A stretch of DNA of 64,000 bases. It comes from Eledone cirrhosa (taxonomy: Eukaryota). Of the stretch, positions 12,998-29,115 are shown in pieces. The translations under genes and the position numbers were made by a program. The stretch spans positions 31,124,001 to 31,188,000 of the forward strand of contig OZ024749.1 in the NCBI GenBank assembly GCA_964016885.1, given 5' to 3'. Within the stretch, counting starts at the first letter, position 1, and the number at the start of each line of letters is the position of its first letter. Under the pieces are notes generated by a model that saw only the letters and a program-made list of their open reading frames with translations, was not told the DNA's origin and ran no database searches.

Positions 12998-14059
12998 AAG
13001 AAGAAGATTGTTTTAGTCTCTTTTTTTTAATAATGGAACAGACTGCACGTAAAAGTACCAGGAACAACAAATCTGAGTATTTCACAAAACACCTGTACCC
13101 TTAACGGTGTCATCACGGAGATCCTTTCTCCCTCTAATTGGTGCTTAGGTTATCAAACTTGAAAGTATGAAATGCAAAGGACATTACGATGGGGTTTCAA
13201 CTCAGATCTCCGAAGTCCAGAAGAAATATTCAACATCGTTAACGACTCTGCCAAATTGAACACCTTCTCCATAATACCGGTTCAATTAAAATATGGAGAT
13301 GAGCTTGGTTTAAACACCATTACAGATTAAGAATGTATGACAAATATATGCCGTTCTATAATTATTCCATAGAAATTTCAGAACGTCCATAAAGCAACTA
13401 TTAAAGTGGAAATATTCTTTTAGATTAATTATTCAAAGATAACGTTTCTTAAATATTCCTATATATTTGGGAAGGAAATAATAAGTTTGAATGGAACATT
13501 AAAATAAGATAAAATAAGATAAAATAGACATATAGGAGAAATAATCTCGGTAAGATTATATGAATATGTTAAAGAAATAGATTTTTTTTTAGATAGAATT
13601 TATATTTTACAAGCGAGCAGATATACAATATAGTTAACAAGTAATCTTACAACGCGTCTCCCTCACCATCCTCCGAGGAATCGCCTTCTCTATTCTGTCC
13701 GTCGGGGTCGCGAAGAGGCCATCGCGTGATTCCCCATTTGCTTAAAATAATGAGAGATAGCGAGAGTGAGAGAGACGTTAGGCAGTGACTTTATCAGCAT
13801 TGCTGATGTATTTTGTAGAGTTAAAGGTTAAGTGATTTTCTACCGATCTATTAGTAATTGTAAGACAGTTGGTATTTGTGAAATATAATGGTGACAATGA
13901 GGTGATGTTATTAAACTGTTATAAAATATATCGAAATAAAATATGAATAAAGGTGCTAAGTTCTGATGAAAAAAAAGATATATTTTCAAAAAACTTCTGT
14001 AGAAGGAAAAGAGAGCGACAATTCGGTTTAATCTTCATAAATATATTATTTATCCCTCA

Positions 14060-14470
14060 GCGGGATTTGAACTCAGAATATAAAGGAGTGTAACTAAATG
14101 CTGCAAAGTCATATCGATTCTGCTAATCCAGGCTCTTAAATGATTTTTAATTTAGGTACAAAGGCAGCAAGTTATGGGGAGGGTAATTTCGACTACACCT
14201 ACCCCAGGACCTGACTTGTGCTTTATTTCATCCACACCAGAATGAAGAAAGGCAAAGCTAAATCGGTCGGATTGGAACCTAGGACGGAGAGAACCGTATC
14301 GAAATACTACAATGGTTTTCATCCGGCAAACTAAGGATGCTGCCAATCCAGTGACCTATATGCTTTCTAATAATTGTTTCTACTTTAGGCACAAGGCCAG
14401 CAATTACCCAGTGCATTACTGGTACTTTATTCTATCGACCCCGTAAGGATGAAAGGCAAAGTCAACCTCT
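14060..14470 (-). mobile_element. Cluster of three partial or diverged SINE copies
   Basis: GGGATTTGAACTCAG near 14062, diverged copy about 14145-14350, young 3' half about 14373-14470. Confidence 0.7.
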
Positions 14471-15194
14471 AATAATAAACATTTTTTAAATAATATTATT
14501 AGAGTGGTTCGTGAGTATGAGAAAATATTCAGCGAAGGGGAAATAATTCAAATTGACAGATTAATAAAAAAAATCAAAATGTTTTCCCTTTTTTTATATT
14601 TAGTTAAAGGAAATTGGGGAGGAAAGGATCGATCTAAATATTGGGATTGAAATAAAATAAAATCAAAATATAAAGAAATTCTTAAATAAAAGAATATTAA
14701 AATAATATTAAAATATAATTTACTGAAAATTGTACAAGTAAGTTTATTATTGGTTCCCGTGTAACTATTCTACAACGAATACATATTATGGACTTTTTCC
14801 TTTGCTCCTCTCTTCCTATCACATCAAACCGATTTTTCCTGTCCTTCGAGGTATGATTTTACTCCACACTGTCATCGACGGCCTTTTACAATTTTGGCAG
14901 CTATCCTTGCATTGAGTTTTTCTCTTTATTCGATGAATTCTAATATATTCGCGCCTCAATTCCAGAATAAATGTTGAGCAAATAGTTTCTGCAGAGATTA
15001 TTTGCTTATATTTAATCTATACTCATAATAAATATTTCCTCTGCGGGTTTATATATATATACTTCTATATATATACAATCCTTATCGAGCTCTCATCAGC
15101 GAAAGTAAGGTTTTTTTTAAATATATACCACACAGGGAAGAATATAGGAAACATAAGTTTAAAATGCAATTTAACTGTTTAAGAATGTTTATGT

Positions 15195-15740
15195 GGGTTT
15201 CTCTGAGGCTTGGCCTCCAGATATGCGAGCCACACAAATGTCGCTGCAGATCTACCATGGACTCTTTCGGCCTCCACCCGCTTTCCTGTCGCTACAGTGC
15301 CGGCCGCCTTCCATGCCATGCTGCCCTCAACGAGATCATAAAGCCTGGCTTGATGCTGCAGGCTTCACCTCGCAGCTCGAGCTGGTGGGCCTGGACCGAG
15401 GGGACGGCAAAAGGACAGATGGTATGATCATCTTCCCGTTCCGTGGTCTTAAACCCCTCGTCTGGGATCCTACTTGCAGCGGCACATTCTCCAGCGGCAA
15501 CCTGGTGCAGTCTGCGACTAACCCAGGTTCTGCTTCACTTCGGTCTGCAAGTATCAGTCGCTCTCTGACAGCTTTGCAGTGGAGCACTAGCAGTTGAGAC
15601 TTCTGGTGTCCTTGGCTCTGGGGCTTACTACTTACCACCATAGCTGGCTAGCCGCAGGTGTGATCCTCGCAAGATGGAATGGCACTTCTAGTGCATCTCC
15701 CTTATCATCCTCGGAGGAAACACCTTCTTTATTCTGTCCG
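15195..15740 (+). mobile_element. CRE-like non-LTR retrotransposon 3' fragment (zinc knuckle plus RLE), frameshifted
   Basis: LRLGL...CRC...DSFGLHPLSC...HAALNEII, then GDGKRTDG...LVWDPTC in a second frame. Confidence 0.75.
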
Positions 15741-16929
15741 CCGAAGCCGTGGGGCGGCCAGCACGTGGGACCATATTTGCTCATAATAGAAAGAGAAGGG
15801 TGATAGAGATGGAGGCGATGACAGTGGGAGTTCGGCTCTTCTGTGTTCGGACCTGGTGTAAGCGTCAGTTATCCGTAAGGATGTAGTGATTCATCTACTA
15901 TTATCTAGGGCGCTGATTTCACGGGGTGCCTTTCTTTATTTCCCTTTTTGTTTGTTTCGTTTACAATAATTTATAACTTCACTCGTTTCATACATTTCAT
16001 GATTTTCAAGAGAGACGGAGATATGTGTGGCTATGCCGGCACACACACACACATATATATGTTTTTCGTTTCGAGGTGGATAGACAAGTACGGTCCTTCA
16101 TATACTAGACATTTCCTTTCACCTAAATTTGCTTGATTTGTGCAAAACTTATTTTCCTTCGTTAACTTATTCCTGTGAGCGTCCTAGGGCCCCAGTGCTT
16201 ATACACGCAAAGGATCGTATTAAAAGTAACTGTCCCCAATTGTTCCTGTCAGATCCCAGAGTGAAACAAAGTGAGTTGAGGGATGCTATTCAAACATGTT
16301 GCCCGTGATCTACCTCTGGATCTTTTGCCGTAAAATCTGTCCAACAATTATTTCCTGAGACATTTTAACCACATCGTTAATATCGGATCTGTGTTCTCTC
16401 AATTCGTAGAAGTGTCAATTCTACCTAGAATATAAAGTGAAGAAATATAATTATCCTTATGTCAATAAATATCAAAAGTAAATAATGTTCAAATGTTGAG
16501 GTGAGATTGTGTCAGAAACTACGTAATGGTGTTGAACAAACAGGTATACACATTTACGTATAAAAATATTTTTAAATATTTACGTATATGTATTTGTTTT
16601 GCAAGGTATTTGATATGAAATTGTGTGTCGAAACAAATATTGTTATACTTGGGCAGGGTCATATTGTTGTAATAATATTGCCAGAAATAATAACAGAACA
16701 AACTCACTGTTTCGTTGGTTTTCGTTTTTGTATCTTTTATATCTCCATAGTTAATTTTATTTGGCAATCAACGTTTATCATTGATTGACCAACGGTTAAA
16801 AATACAGATATAAATACATATATATAGTCTATCAAAGTTCTTTCGATGCACATTTGCAACATCATCAGTGGTACTATTATGTTTCCTCCTGTTGTATTGT
16901 ATGTCTACGCCATTTTTATTTTATTTATT

Positions 16930-16968
<39 letters not shown>

Positions 16969-17173
16969 CCACATACACACACTTCACCTTTAATTTTAAA
17001 TATTATTTCCTAAGCTGCTAATTTTACATCCCTCTGTTCTCTCCTTCTCTGAACTTTCATGATGAAGGACGTATGTCAGATTCGTTGAAACCCTTTCCAC
17101 ATCCTGCAAGGTTGAGCCGTATATAACTGTAAAATTGCATTCTGTGTTTTATTTGTTTCATTTAATAACTATG

Positions 17174-17216
<43 letters not shown>

Positions 17217-17256
17217 TGTTATACTTTGGGAGGGTCATGTTGCCAATAAAGTAAAA

Positions 17257-17336
<80 letters not shown>

Positions 17337-17481
17337 ATACACTCACACACACACGCAGACACACATACACACACAGACATACACACACACTCACACCTAC
17401 ATATATATATATATGTATATGGCCTCAGTTGGATGGCTGGTACAGAGTAAAAGAGTATATACAGATATATATATATATATA

Positions 17482-17581
<100 letters not shown>

Positions 17582-17940
17582 TATAAGAGTAAAAGTGTAT
17601 ATACATACATATATATATATTTATACACATGTTCACTCACACACACACACACACACACACTCTCTCACAAACACACATGAGAAATCTATGATTGTAAGTG
17701 TGACTTATTTTCATTTCAATATATTTCATTAATTAATTAAGTAAATAATTCTCATTAATGTAAATCTCCCACCTTAATTATTCACGGAACTTTATGGCTT
17801 GCTAATTAGAATTTATCATATTTCATTACGTATGACATACAGTTATAAGTCTTTCAATGTGGCTATACGTAGTCTGCGTGTTTGTGCATATGAATATATT
17901 TCTATATACACGTTTATATATATATATATATTTATATATT

Positions 17941-17993
<53 letters not shown>

Positions 17994-18222
17994 ATATACA
18001 TATATACATATACATATATATATATCTATATATATAGTAAGAGAGAGAGAGAATATACACACATCCAGACATGCATATAAACAAGCATGCATACAGGCAT
18101 ACATCGATACACACACATACACATACATATATACATACATACACACACACACACATATATATATATACATATATATATATACGTAGATACACATACACAT
18201 ACACAAACACACACATGTATAT

Positions 18223-18287
<65 letters not shown>

Positions 18288-18732
18288 CGTATATATACAT
18301 ATATACATACATTACATACATATATTTATATATACATATACGCATACATATAAACTTACATATAATCATACATACATGCACGCAATAAATTTATATACAA
18401 GCCGTACATATATATATATATATATATGTTTGAGTTAGTGTTTGTATATATGTGTGTGGTTTGTGTACACACATATGTACACTTATGTTCATTTGCTTAA
18501 ATATATTATCGTAAATTAATATCTTAATTTAGCAAAAGTTCATTACAGTATATATTGAAATATTGACATGTGTATACTGGCTTTTAATAAACTCTTACCT
18601 TATCTAACGATATTGACAGAAAATGGTCTTGATTTGATCCCATAATGTGTAGAGCTAGAAAAATATATACGTAATTATTTGTTTGATGATCTCGCGTCCC
18701 ATACAATTCATTGCCATGGACCACACCAATAT

Positions 18733-18910
18733 AATTGTTTCTACTTTAGGCACAAGGCCAGCAATCACCCAGTGCATTACTGGTACTTTATTTTATCGAC
18801 CCCGTAAGGATGAAAGGCAAAGTCAACCTCGGCGGGATTTGAACTCAGACCGTAAAGGGACGTAACTATGCTGGAAAACATGGCGTCCGACCCTCTACCA
18901 ATACTGCCAC
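18733..18910 (-). mobile_element. tRNA-derived SINE, major family
   Basis: Close match to the family consensus. Confidence 0.88.
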
Positions 18911-19066
18911 TATTCGTATGATGTCCAGCTGTTTTTGTTATTTTTATGAGTCCGTCTGGCCCCCCACTCTAGGGAGGAACAAAATAAGGGTAAACGAATA
19001 TTTAAATATATATATGAATATTAAAAAAATATAAAATTGAAATCCCGGTTAAGCGCAATTTTGTTG

Positions 19067-19113
<47 letters not shown>

Positions 19114-19290
19114 TTTGTGTGTGTGTGTGTGTGCGTATGTGTGTTTGTGTGTGTGTGCGTATATATATATATATATGGGGGGGGGGGGGTATTGCTGTGA
19201 ACTTCCATTACACTCAATCCTAACAATGTAGTTCGCCATTACAATTCTGATTAGGAGGACACAAGAATCAATAGAATGAAACTCTATACT

Positions 19291-19332
<42 letters not shown>

Positions 19333-19612
19333 TAATTTAATATATCAACTAATATAAGCGCACAGATGCACGCCTATGCCAGCAAATACACAGGTTATGT
19401 CATAGTACCTAGGTGGTTCAATGCAGGAGGATGCAGAACAATAATATAAAAGACGTAAAATAAGAAAATCTTTTAAAAAAATTTTTTTAAAAAATGTTTA
19501 CTTACTTAAATTTCCACTCCAACTAATTAGTTTCTGTAATGGGATAAAGACAGTTACGTAATCTAACTGTCGAGAATTCATTGCGTCATCAGGGAGTCTA
19601 TATATATATCTA

Positions 19613-19669
<57 letters not shown>

Positions 19670-19726
19670 ATGTACGTGTGTGTGTGTGTGTGTGCATTGA
19701 TAGATAGATAGATAGATGACAGACAG

Positions 19727-19807
<81 letters not shown>

Positions 19808-20264
19808 CGGAGAAGGAGGAGAGAGAGAGTGGCGGGTTTCGCGGTGCTGAGATCCGGGAAGAAGAACTTGTGGAAGTACTCAATGCATGGCAAGCTGTAG
19901 AATGGGTATAGAGAAATGTATAAAACTGAACCAAAAGACTTGTTGAACTAAAGCCGAATCGCTTCTATATTTGTATAAAATTCTTTCGTAACACCAAAAC
20001 GATTTCTGAATGGCAGCCATAATTTCAAAATTTCTATGATATTTTTAGTAGTGGGGCCCGTCTCATGATCTACCACATCTTACGCGGCCCACCTTATGAT
20101 GAGTCTCATCCTATGCGGCCCATGGTTGGTGAAATCTGTCCTTGCCTTACATAGACTAATTATATATGTCTTTCGTCTGATCTGGAAGAATTTTTGACAT
20201 ATGTTTCCGTTTTTTTCGGCCGTTGTTAGAAATATGTTCTTTGACTCATAAATTTATGTTGCTA

Positions 20265-20315
20265 CTACTAGTACAATTACTTCTACCACTATTAAAACGA
20301 CCACTGCTGCTGCTG

Positions 20316-20380
<65 letters not shown>

Positions 20381-20396
20381 GCTGCTGCTACTGCAG

Positions 20397-20462
<66 letters not shown>

Positions 20463-20686
20463 TCAGCACCACCACCTCAGTCACCATTACCACTACCACC
20501 ACCTCAGCCACCATTACCACCACCACCACGACTAACACCACAACCACTACCACCAGCACGGCCACCACCATTACCTCCAACACCATCACCAAGTACTACA
20601 CAACCATCACTACCACAAACACCACCACTAACACCACCACATCACTACAATTACCATCACCACTACCACCACATCTACCATCACTA
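20265..20686. repeat. (CTA)n/(CCA)n trinucleotide low-complexity tract
   Basis: Directly visible. Confidence 0.9.
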
Positions 20687-21072
20687 GTATATGATCAATT
20701 CGTTCATGTCATCCGCAGTATTTACAAACCAATTCACCATTATTATATCATGACAATAAATATATATCCTGTCTGACGTTTTGTATTTTCTTTATATCTG
20801 ATTCTCGTTATTTTCCTTATGTTATCTTATTTAAAAGGTTTTTATTTCTATATATTATATTTTGTGTATCAGTAAATATTTTATTCGGATTACTTAATCC
20901 AAAGTCTCGGAACCTCATGTCGAGATATTGTTCAGCTGAAAATATTAATAAATAATACAAATATATGCAGCAAGATTCCTAGTCAAAGTCGTATCTCAAT
21001 CGTGACCAGGAGTTTTATAAAGCCGATTACCTTTGATTTCTTATCATCGATCCTATGTTTGTGTGTGTGTGG

Positions 21073-21123
<51 letters not shown>

Positions 21124-21409
21124 TGTATATATATATATAATGTATATGTATATGTGTATATATATATATATATGTATATATATATAGAGAGAGAGAGAGA
21201 TAGATAGATATATACAATTATATATGAATATTTATGTATATGTATATATATTTATATATATGTATATTTATATACACATATATATACATATATATACATA
21301 CATATTTGTATATATATATATATATATAAGTGTGTGAGTGTGTATATATATGTATATATATATAAGTATATATATATATATGTATATATATATACATATA
21401 TATATATGT

Positions 21410-21513
<104 letters not shown>

Positions 21514-22057
21514 ACATATATATACGCATAATATATATATCAATTCATTATATTGCAAAGAGAGAAGCTTCTTATTTTCTTCTTTGACTTTTGCTTCTTT
21601 TGTTTGTTTTCCTCTACGCTTTGTTAAGTTTTCCTTTTAATTTTTATGTTGTTTGACAAAATCTTACAACTCAGTCATAACCCAATAAATGCATTCTTAG
21701 TCTTTCTTCTTCTGTCTTAGGTCTTAAGCTTTCTGTCTTATTCTCTATCTCTCTCACTCTCTCTGTCTCTCTTCCTCTCTTCCTCTTCCTTTCTGTCTCT
21801 GTCCCCCTGTATTTCCCACTCTGAGACTCTTTCTTTCTGACTGTCTTATTTAATGTAGAAATCTTGAAGTCAGAAAATGGCTGTAACGAATGTCGATTGT
21901 TATAAGTAATAATAATAGCTCAGAAAATTGTATAATATACATTATAGAGGGAAAAAAAGTGACCCAGTATCTGCTTAAAGGAATCGAACTCCGCATATGG
22001 CGAATTCCGGCTGAGTACTCACAGTGGCCTCTGACAACATATTCCGTCTAATTAGAG

Positions 22058-22243
22058 GGCTGTGGTTTGCCAGAATAAGTAGAGCGTCAGACACTATGCT
22101 TTACAGCATATAATTATGGCCCTTTGCGCTCTGAGTTCAAATCCTCCGAGGTTAACTTTGCCTTTCATCCTTACGGGGTCGATAAAATAAAGTAGCAGTA
22201 ATGCACTGGAGTAATGGCTGGCCTTGTGCCAAAAGTAGAAGCC
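22058..22243 (+). mobile_element. tRNA-derived SINE, major family
   Basis: Head, B-box, core and 3' end present. Confidence 0.82.
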
Positions 22244-22516
22244 CTAATTAGAAAACAAAACAACAGCTTCATTTCAAACACCATTTCGAAGCTAAACTAT
22301 CGGAATGTTGATTAGATTAAAATTCTTAGGAAATTAAAAATCTCAAACGCAGATATTAATTATAAACATCGTCGATTCTTATACATAATATCTTCGATAA
22401 TTGCATAGCGAACCTATATAGAGAGAATTTGTGGCCAGCAGCCACTACTGGGAATCGAAATCTGTACCTGTCATAGACACAAACATATATATATAAATGT
22501 GTGTGTGTGTGTGTGT

Positions 22517-22630
<114 letters not shown>

Positions 22631-23430
22631 GGATAGCAAAGTTTTAAAAAATGTAGTTCTATTTGCATGTAGAGAGCTATATATATATATATATATATAT
22701 ATATAATGTCTGTGTATGTGCGTGTGTGTGTCTGTGTAGGTATGTGTGTGCGTGTGTGCGTGTGTGTGTGTGAGAGTGTGTGTGTGTATGCGTTGTTCAA
22801 GTTATATTTATTGTGCATTGTGCATTTTGTGGTCAAAAGAATTGATATAAGGTAGCTTAATGCACAGAAATATTACAGAAGAATGAAATAATATAATCCC
22901 TCGTTAGACATAAAACTGTATTCTGTATTTTATTTATATCACTGCCAATACATGAAAGATCATGTGATGAGGGTAAAAAACCTACGAAAAACAAAAGATA
23001 CAAAAACAAAAAAAAATCAACACAAAAAGATTGACAATATGGCTGTGTCGTTGTATTCAAATTTATATTTTCAGCAGTATTGCTTGATCACAATATATGT
23101 TATGGCACATCAAAGATATTAGTCCTGTGTTCACAGAAACAATATGTGCATTTTATCCATTAATATATATTTATGCAATATTGTTACGGTTTTTGCATTA
23201 ATAATTATATAGATTACAAGGTGCCACAGAGTTTTGTCATACAACCTCAATCTATATATTTCCCGTCATTCATTCATCATTTAGTAGATTTTTCGTAATA
23301 ATAATATATATTAATGTGTATCAAAGTCTATCATGTAATACCCAGTGTCGAGATATTTACAATTGAATGTACTATTATAATGTAATAATGATACAAAGGT
23401 ATATACATATATACTTGTATATATATATAC

Positions 23431-23517
<87 letters not shown>

Positions 23518-23607
23518 ATATTGTATATTTAGATATAATATATATATATATATATGCATATATATATTAAAATATATATATATATGTATATATATATACA
23601 CACACAG

Positions 23608-23693
<86 letters not shown>

Positions 23694-23824
23694 ATGTATA
23701 TATATATGTGTATGTATATATATATATATGTATGTATATATATATGACTATGTATATATATATATGAGTCCGTCATCCTACAAGTTATATTGATTGACCA
23801 CTTATTGTATTAGTATTAGTATTT

Positions 23825-23874
<50 letters not shown>

Positions 23875-24130
23875 CATTTTGGAACTGCCATGAAGTCAGA
23901 GTCGTCCCAATTGTCATAGGCGCACTAGGTACTATCCCAAAGAGTTTCCAACGATGGTTAAAGAAAGTTAGTCCAGTCCCGCTTTTTGGAACACTTCAAA
24001 AGGCATGCTTGCTGGGAACAGCAAGAATCCTCCGATACGTCCTGAATATCTGAGGCTGCAGGTAGTGGCTTGATATTCATTTCAACAAACTTTCCAGTTA
24101 AATAACATCAATGACTGAGACTCAAAGAAC
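23875..24130 (+). mobile_element. 5'-truncated R4/Dong-like element of a different family, inside (TAA)n
   Basis: Translates as WNCHEVRVVPIVIGALGTIPK...LQKACLLGTARILRYVLNI* (stop 24051-24053), homologous to the C-terminus of 26840-28975. (TAA)n on both sides. Confidence 0.85.
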
Positions 24131-24138
24131 AATAATAA

Positions 24139-24207
<69 letters not shown>

Positions 24208-25084
24208 TAAGAAGAATAGGGAAGAAGACGCACGAGGTGGTAGAACGTCACGAAATTGCTCCCGTAAGTTTTTTGATTTTTAACATATTTAAATCAATTG
24301 TGAAAGAACAATTCTTAGCACAAATGTTGCATAAAGGCACCGAATGAGGTCCCATAAAGTTTCGGATCCATATTATATTGTTGTATCGCTCAAATATTCA
24401 ATTTTGTATTATATATTTTGTATTCAAAAAAAGAAAATGGTTATAAATGGAACAAAACACCCTCTGTCTACAATATATAGAACAGCAGCAATTTCAATTT
24501 CACCAACACCAGAAACTTGATACACTACCTATCCCATCACACTAAATATAGCAGCCAGATAACGGCAATTTCACCAGCATCATAATAATAATTACTATTA
24601 CTATTGTCTCAAATTTTAAAAAATGTTTAATTCAAATTTTACGGGAATATGTCAACACAAAATATAATAAAAACATATATTAAACATACGAACACAAACT
24701 CATATCAGTAACCACAACACCACCGCTGCCACCACCCCACCGCATCCATCATCGCCGCCACCACTCATTCAATGCTACTGACACTATTCCCCTGTTAACT
24801 TGAGAGAGAAAAGGGAAGGTGGCGGTATCGCTAGACAAGAGCGAGGCTAGCAAAAGATATAAATAGATTGACTTGGTGACCTTGCCACGGCCAAACGTCT
24901 ACATCAACAATTATGGGCCTGCTGGCTCACCCCTTCCTCACCAACAATATAAAAAGCCCCGGCACCACCACCGACATAGCCAACAACAATAACAGCCAAC
25001 TACAACAAAAAGTATATTATATTATTGTAATGCACTGGGTGATTGCTGGCCTTGTGCCTGGAGTGGAGACAATTATTAATAATT

Positions 25085-28000
25085 TCATTCTTAAGCCACG
25101 CAATGCTCACATTAAGGAACCACTCATGATAATAACAATTTAAAAAAAAACAACAAAAAGAAAACCCCGTGACCAAGAAATACCGGGATGGCGGCTGGCG
25201 GGGAATAGCCATGTCTCTAGGGGAGAACGACCCCTCTAGTCTTGGTTGACACTCGTTCTAGAAGTGGTAACACGAAATGATTACCCCTTGGTGGATAAGG
25301 ATAAAACGCGACAAAATAAAGTAAATGTCTAATGATAAAATCTCATACCGGATCGGCCGTCACCCGGGTAAAAATGGGCCGCGTCCCTCAGAGAGGAACC
25401 AGACTGGGGTCGAAAAATCAGCTAATGGTTCAAACCTTCCCATCACTTCGGAGCTGGAGACCTCCCATAACCAGAATACTCCTACTGTTGGCCCTCCATG
25501 CTCACCACCAAGAAATCCAAAGAAAAAGAGAGAAAAATGGTCAAGGGAAGATAATAAAGAAGTCCTTGAGGCTTTCTACACTGCCATGTACTACCCATCA
25601 AATACATCGAATACAGAACAAACATATATCAACTGGAAAAAGAAACATCCCGAAAACAGAGGCTATATTGACAGTAACAAACTAGCCAATATACGAAGAA
25701 ATATTGTAAGAAAAAAGTTACTAACTGATATAGAAATTGATCAGATCAAGCTAGTAGCACAAAGTCAGCGAAGGGGAAAATGAAGCATGTGTCAGTGAAA
25801 ACGAGGTAAACTGTAACACTTCGAATCCCAGGGTTGGGGCGGAATCACTGGCAACAGAACAAATTAAAGAAAGGAGCGAAAAAGTGGAGGGAGTGCATGC
25901 TCAGGATGAAACTCCAAATGAAAATAATGAGATCGTAAATGATAAAGAAATGAATGAGAATGAACTTGCCAACTTGAAGGATGAAATTATGATCGAATGG
26001 ATGAAAATGAAAGAATCTGACATGGGGCAACGAGACACCCTCCCTAAGATCCAGAACTCCAAACAGAACCAAAAGATAATACACAAGACTAACATAATTC
26101 TCAAAAACATTATCATCAAAAACAAACTAAACATTACTGACTTAAATCATTTCTATTATGCATCGGTTAAAGTCACCACTCACTTATGTGGAGTGAAGAT
26201 GAAAAAACAAAGGAATTCCCACAAGAAATCTACTTGGCAAGATAACATCAATCGCCAAATAAACCTTCTCCGATCTGACATAGAAATTTTAACAAACTAT
26301 AAAGTAGGTGAACATGTTAAACAAACTAAACTTAGAAAATTGAAAAAAAAGTACAATATAAGATCAATATGTGACATAGATATGCTGATAGAAACAATCA
26401 AGCAAAAAGTGTCGGCCAAAGCTGCTCGTATAAGGCGCTTTGAAAAACGATCTAGATTCTATAAGGACAATAATATGTTCAAAAACAACCAAAGAAACTT
26501 CTACAGAAAAATTGGTAAGTCAACAATAACTGCTAAATCAATACCACCCAAGGAGGAAGTGCAAGAATTCTGGGAAAAGATCTGGGCCGAAGAAAAAGTT
26601 CATAACATACATGCCCCATGGATAGACAGACAAATGAAAGAAACAGCTCACCTTGAAGAACAAACATGGGAAAATATAACAGTTGAACAGCTGCGCTTGG
26701 CTCTAAGAAAAACCAGCAAATGGAAATCCCCAGGAAAAGACAAAATACAAAACTTTTGGATAAATGCCTTCACAGAGTCTCATGAGCTGTTAGCCCAACT
26801 TTACAATGAAATAGTTAAGGAGCCAGAAAAGATACCATCATGGCTAGTAACGGCATTACATTCCTGCTACCGAAGAATGATGAGACAAACAATCCCAAAA
26901 ATTACAGACCGATAACCTGCTTGACCACAATGTATAAAATTTTAACATCAGTCCTAACTGAATACACATATGACCACCTGATAACAAATGACCTATTTCC
27001 CATTGAGCAGAAAGGGTGTAAACGAGGCTCATATGGCTGTAAGGATCAGCTTCTGGTTAACAAAATGATACTGGAAGATTGTCATAATAGACACAAAAAT
27101 CTATCGATTGCTTGGATAGATTATAAAAAAGCATTCGATAGTTTGCCACACAGTTGGATTGAAAAATGTTTAGAGATTTTCAAAGTATCCCCCGTTGTCA
27201 GGAGGTTTTTGTCATTCAGTATGAAGACATGGAAAACGACACTCGTTTTGAATAGTGAAACAAAATCACTGGAAGCTGGAGAAGTTAATATTAAGTGTGG
27301 AATTTTTCAGGGTGACTCTTTATCACCGCTTTTATTCTGCATCGCACTTATACCATTAAGTAAAATGCTCAATGAAACAAAACAAGGATATAGAGTCTAT
27401 GACAAAACCATTAATCACCTGTTCTACATGGATGACCTGAAACTATTTGCAAAAAATGATGAACAATTGCAAGGGCTATTATCCACTGTGAAGCAGTTCA
27501 GTGATGACATTAAAATGGAGTTCGGACTGGATAAATGCGCCAAAGCAACGTTCACCAGAGGAAAGCTGCTGAAGAGTTCAGACATTAATCTTGATCGGGG
27601 GAACGTAATAAGAGAGCTTGATCAAGAAAAAACTTACAAATATCTAGGTGTTTGTGAAGGAGACGGAATCAAGCACTCGACAATGAGGGAAAGGATAAGG
27701 AAGGAATGTTACCGCAGAGTGAGAGCAATCTTAAGAACGGAATTGAATGCAAGGAATAGGATCGATGCCATAAACACGCTTGCCATACCAGTAGTAACCT
27801 ACAGTTACAATGTCATCAACTGGTCAAGCACAGAGATCCGTAGGCTCGATACAAAAATCCGAAAATTCTTAACCATGCACAGAATGCATCACCCTAAGGC
27901 AGACATAGATAGAATATATCTCCCTAGGAAAGAAGGAGGACGTGGGTTAATCCAGTTAGACATTGCGTTGAAAACTGCAACAATTGGATTATCCACATAT

Positions 28001-29115
28001 CTAAGGGAATCACATGATTGGATGATCAAACTCGTTTTGAAACACGAAAGCACCAAAAGATCATATTCCATTACAAAAGATGCACAAAGATACAGTAATG
28101 GACTACAACTTTCAGAAGTCCCATTTACTGCTGAAATGGAAAACACAGAAAAAGCAAAGCAGGTAAAAGTAACTGCAAAGAAAGAACTGCTACAGAAACT
28201 GGCTAAGAAATGGCAAGAAAAGCCTCTGTATGGAAAATACCCAGAGCGAGCTAACAATCCTGATGTTGACAAAACTTTAACCCATCAGTGGTTGGCATCC
28301 TCTGGACTGAAATCGGAGACTGAAGGACTGATTATATCGGCACAAGATCAGTGTCTGCCAACAAAAAATTACCAAGCCAACATAATAAAAAATGGGTGCA
28401 GCCCATTATGCTGTGTATGCAAAAAACAACCAGAGACCATTGACCATATAATTTCAATGTGCAGTCCTATAGCTCCAACCGAATACCTAAACAGGCATGA
28501 CAAAGCTGCACAATACATACATTGGATAATGTGTAAGCATTTTGACCTGCCCCATCAAAAGAATTGGTGGGAGCATCAACCACCTCCCATACTTGAAAAA
28601 GATCACATCTCAATCTTGTGGAACTTTAGCATCCAAACAGACCGAAAAATAGATGCAAATAGACCTGATATAATATTGAAGGACTTTCAAAGGAGGGTAT
28701 GCCTGCTAATTGATATGTCTATTCGAATAGACAAGAATGTATCTATAAAAAAATTTGAAAAATTGAGCAAGTATAAGGACCTGGAGATAGAAATTGGAAA
28801 AATGTGGAAATTGAGAACTAAAACAATACCAGTGGTTGTAGGCGCTCTGGGAATCATACCTAAGGGGTCTAACGACTACTTATCGCAAATCCCAGGAAAC
28901 CCGCGTATAGGAGAAATACAAAAGATAGTACTAATGGGAACTGCCCATATACTAAGGAAGATCCTGTCAATATAAGTACATCACAAGTCTAAACACTAAG
29001 GATGCATGTGTGAATTTGTATGTTCTTTCTTGAACATGGCGGACCTTGTTGTCTCTTGAGGTCACTGGTTGTGACTTGGTGATAACTCGTATAAACATAA
29101 AGCAAGATAAATGCA

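Noticed and set aside
19850-20140. Possible Tc1 transposase tail and hAT-like GCGGCCC fragments (also 32781-32830 and 37713-38055)
   Set aside because: Too short and decayed; no paired TIRs confirmed.
20223-20687. Poly-Leu/Pro ORF resembling a membrane or extensin protein
   Set aside because: Trinucleotide repeat artefact.
21975-22025. tRNA-like segment with GAGTACTC (similar at about 44850-44890)
   Set aside because: Degenerate SINE head with no full cloverleaf. Not counted as a tRNA gene or as a PLE tail motif.
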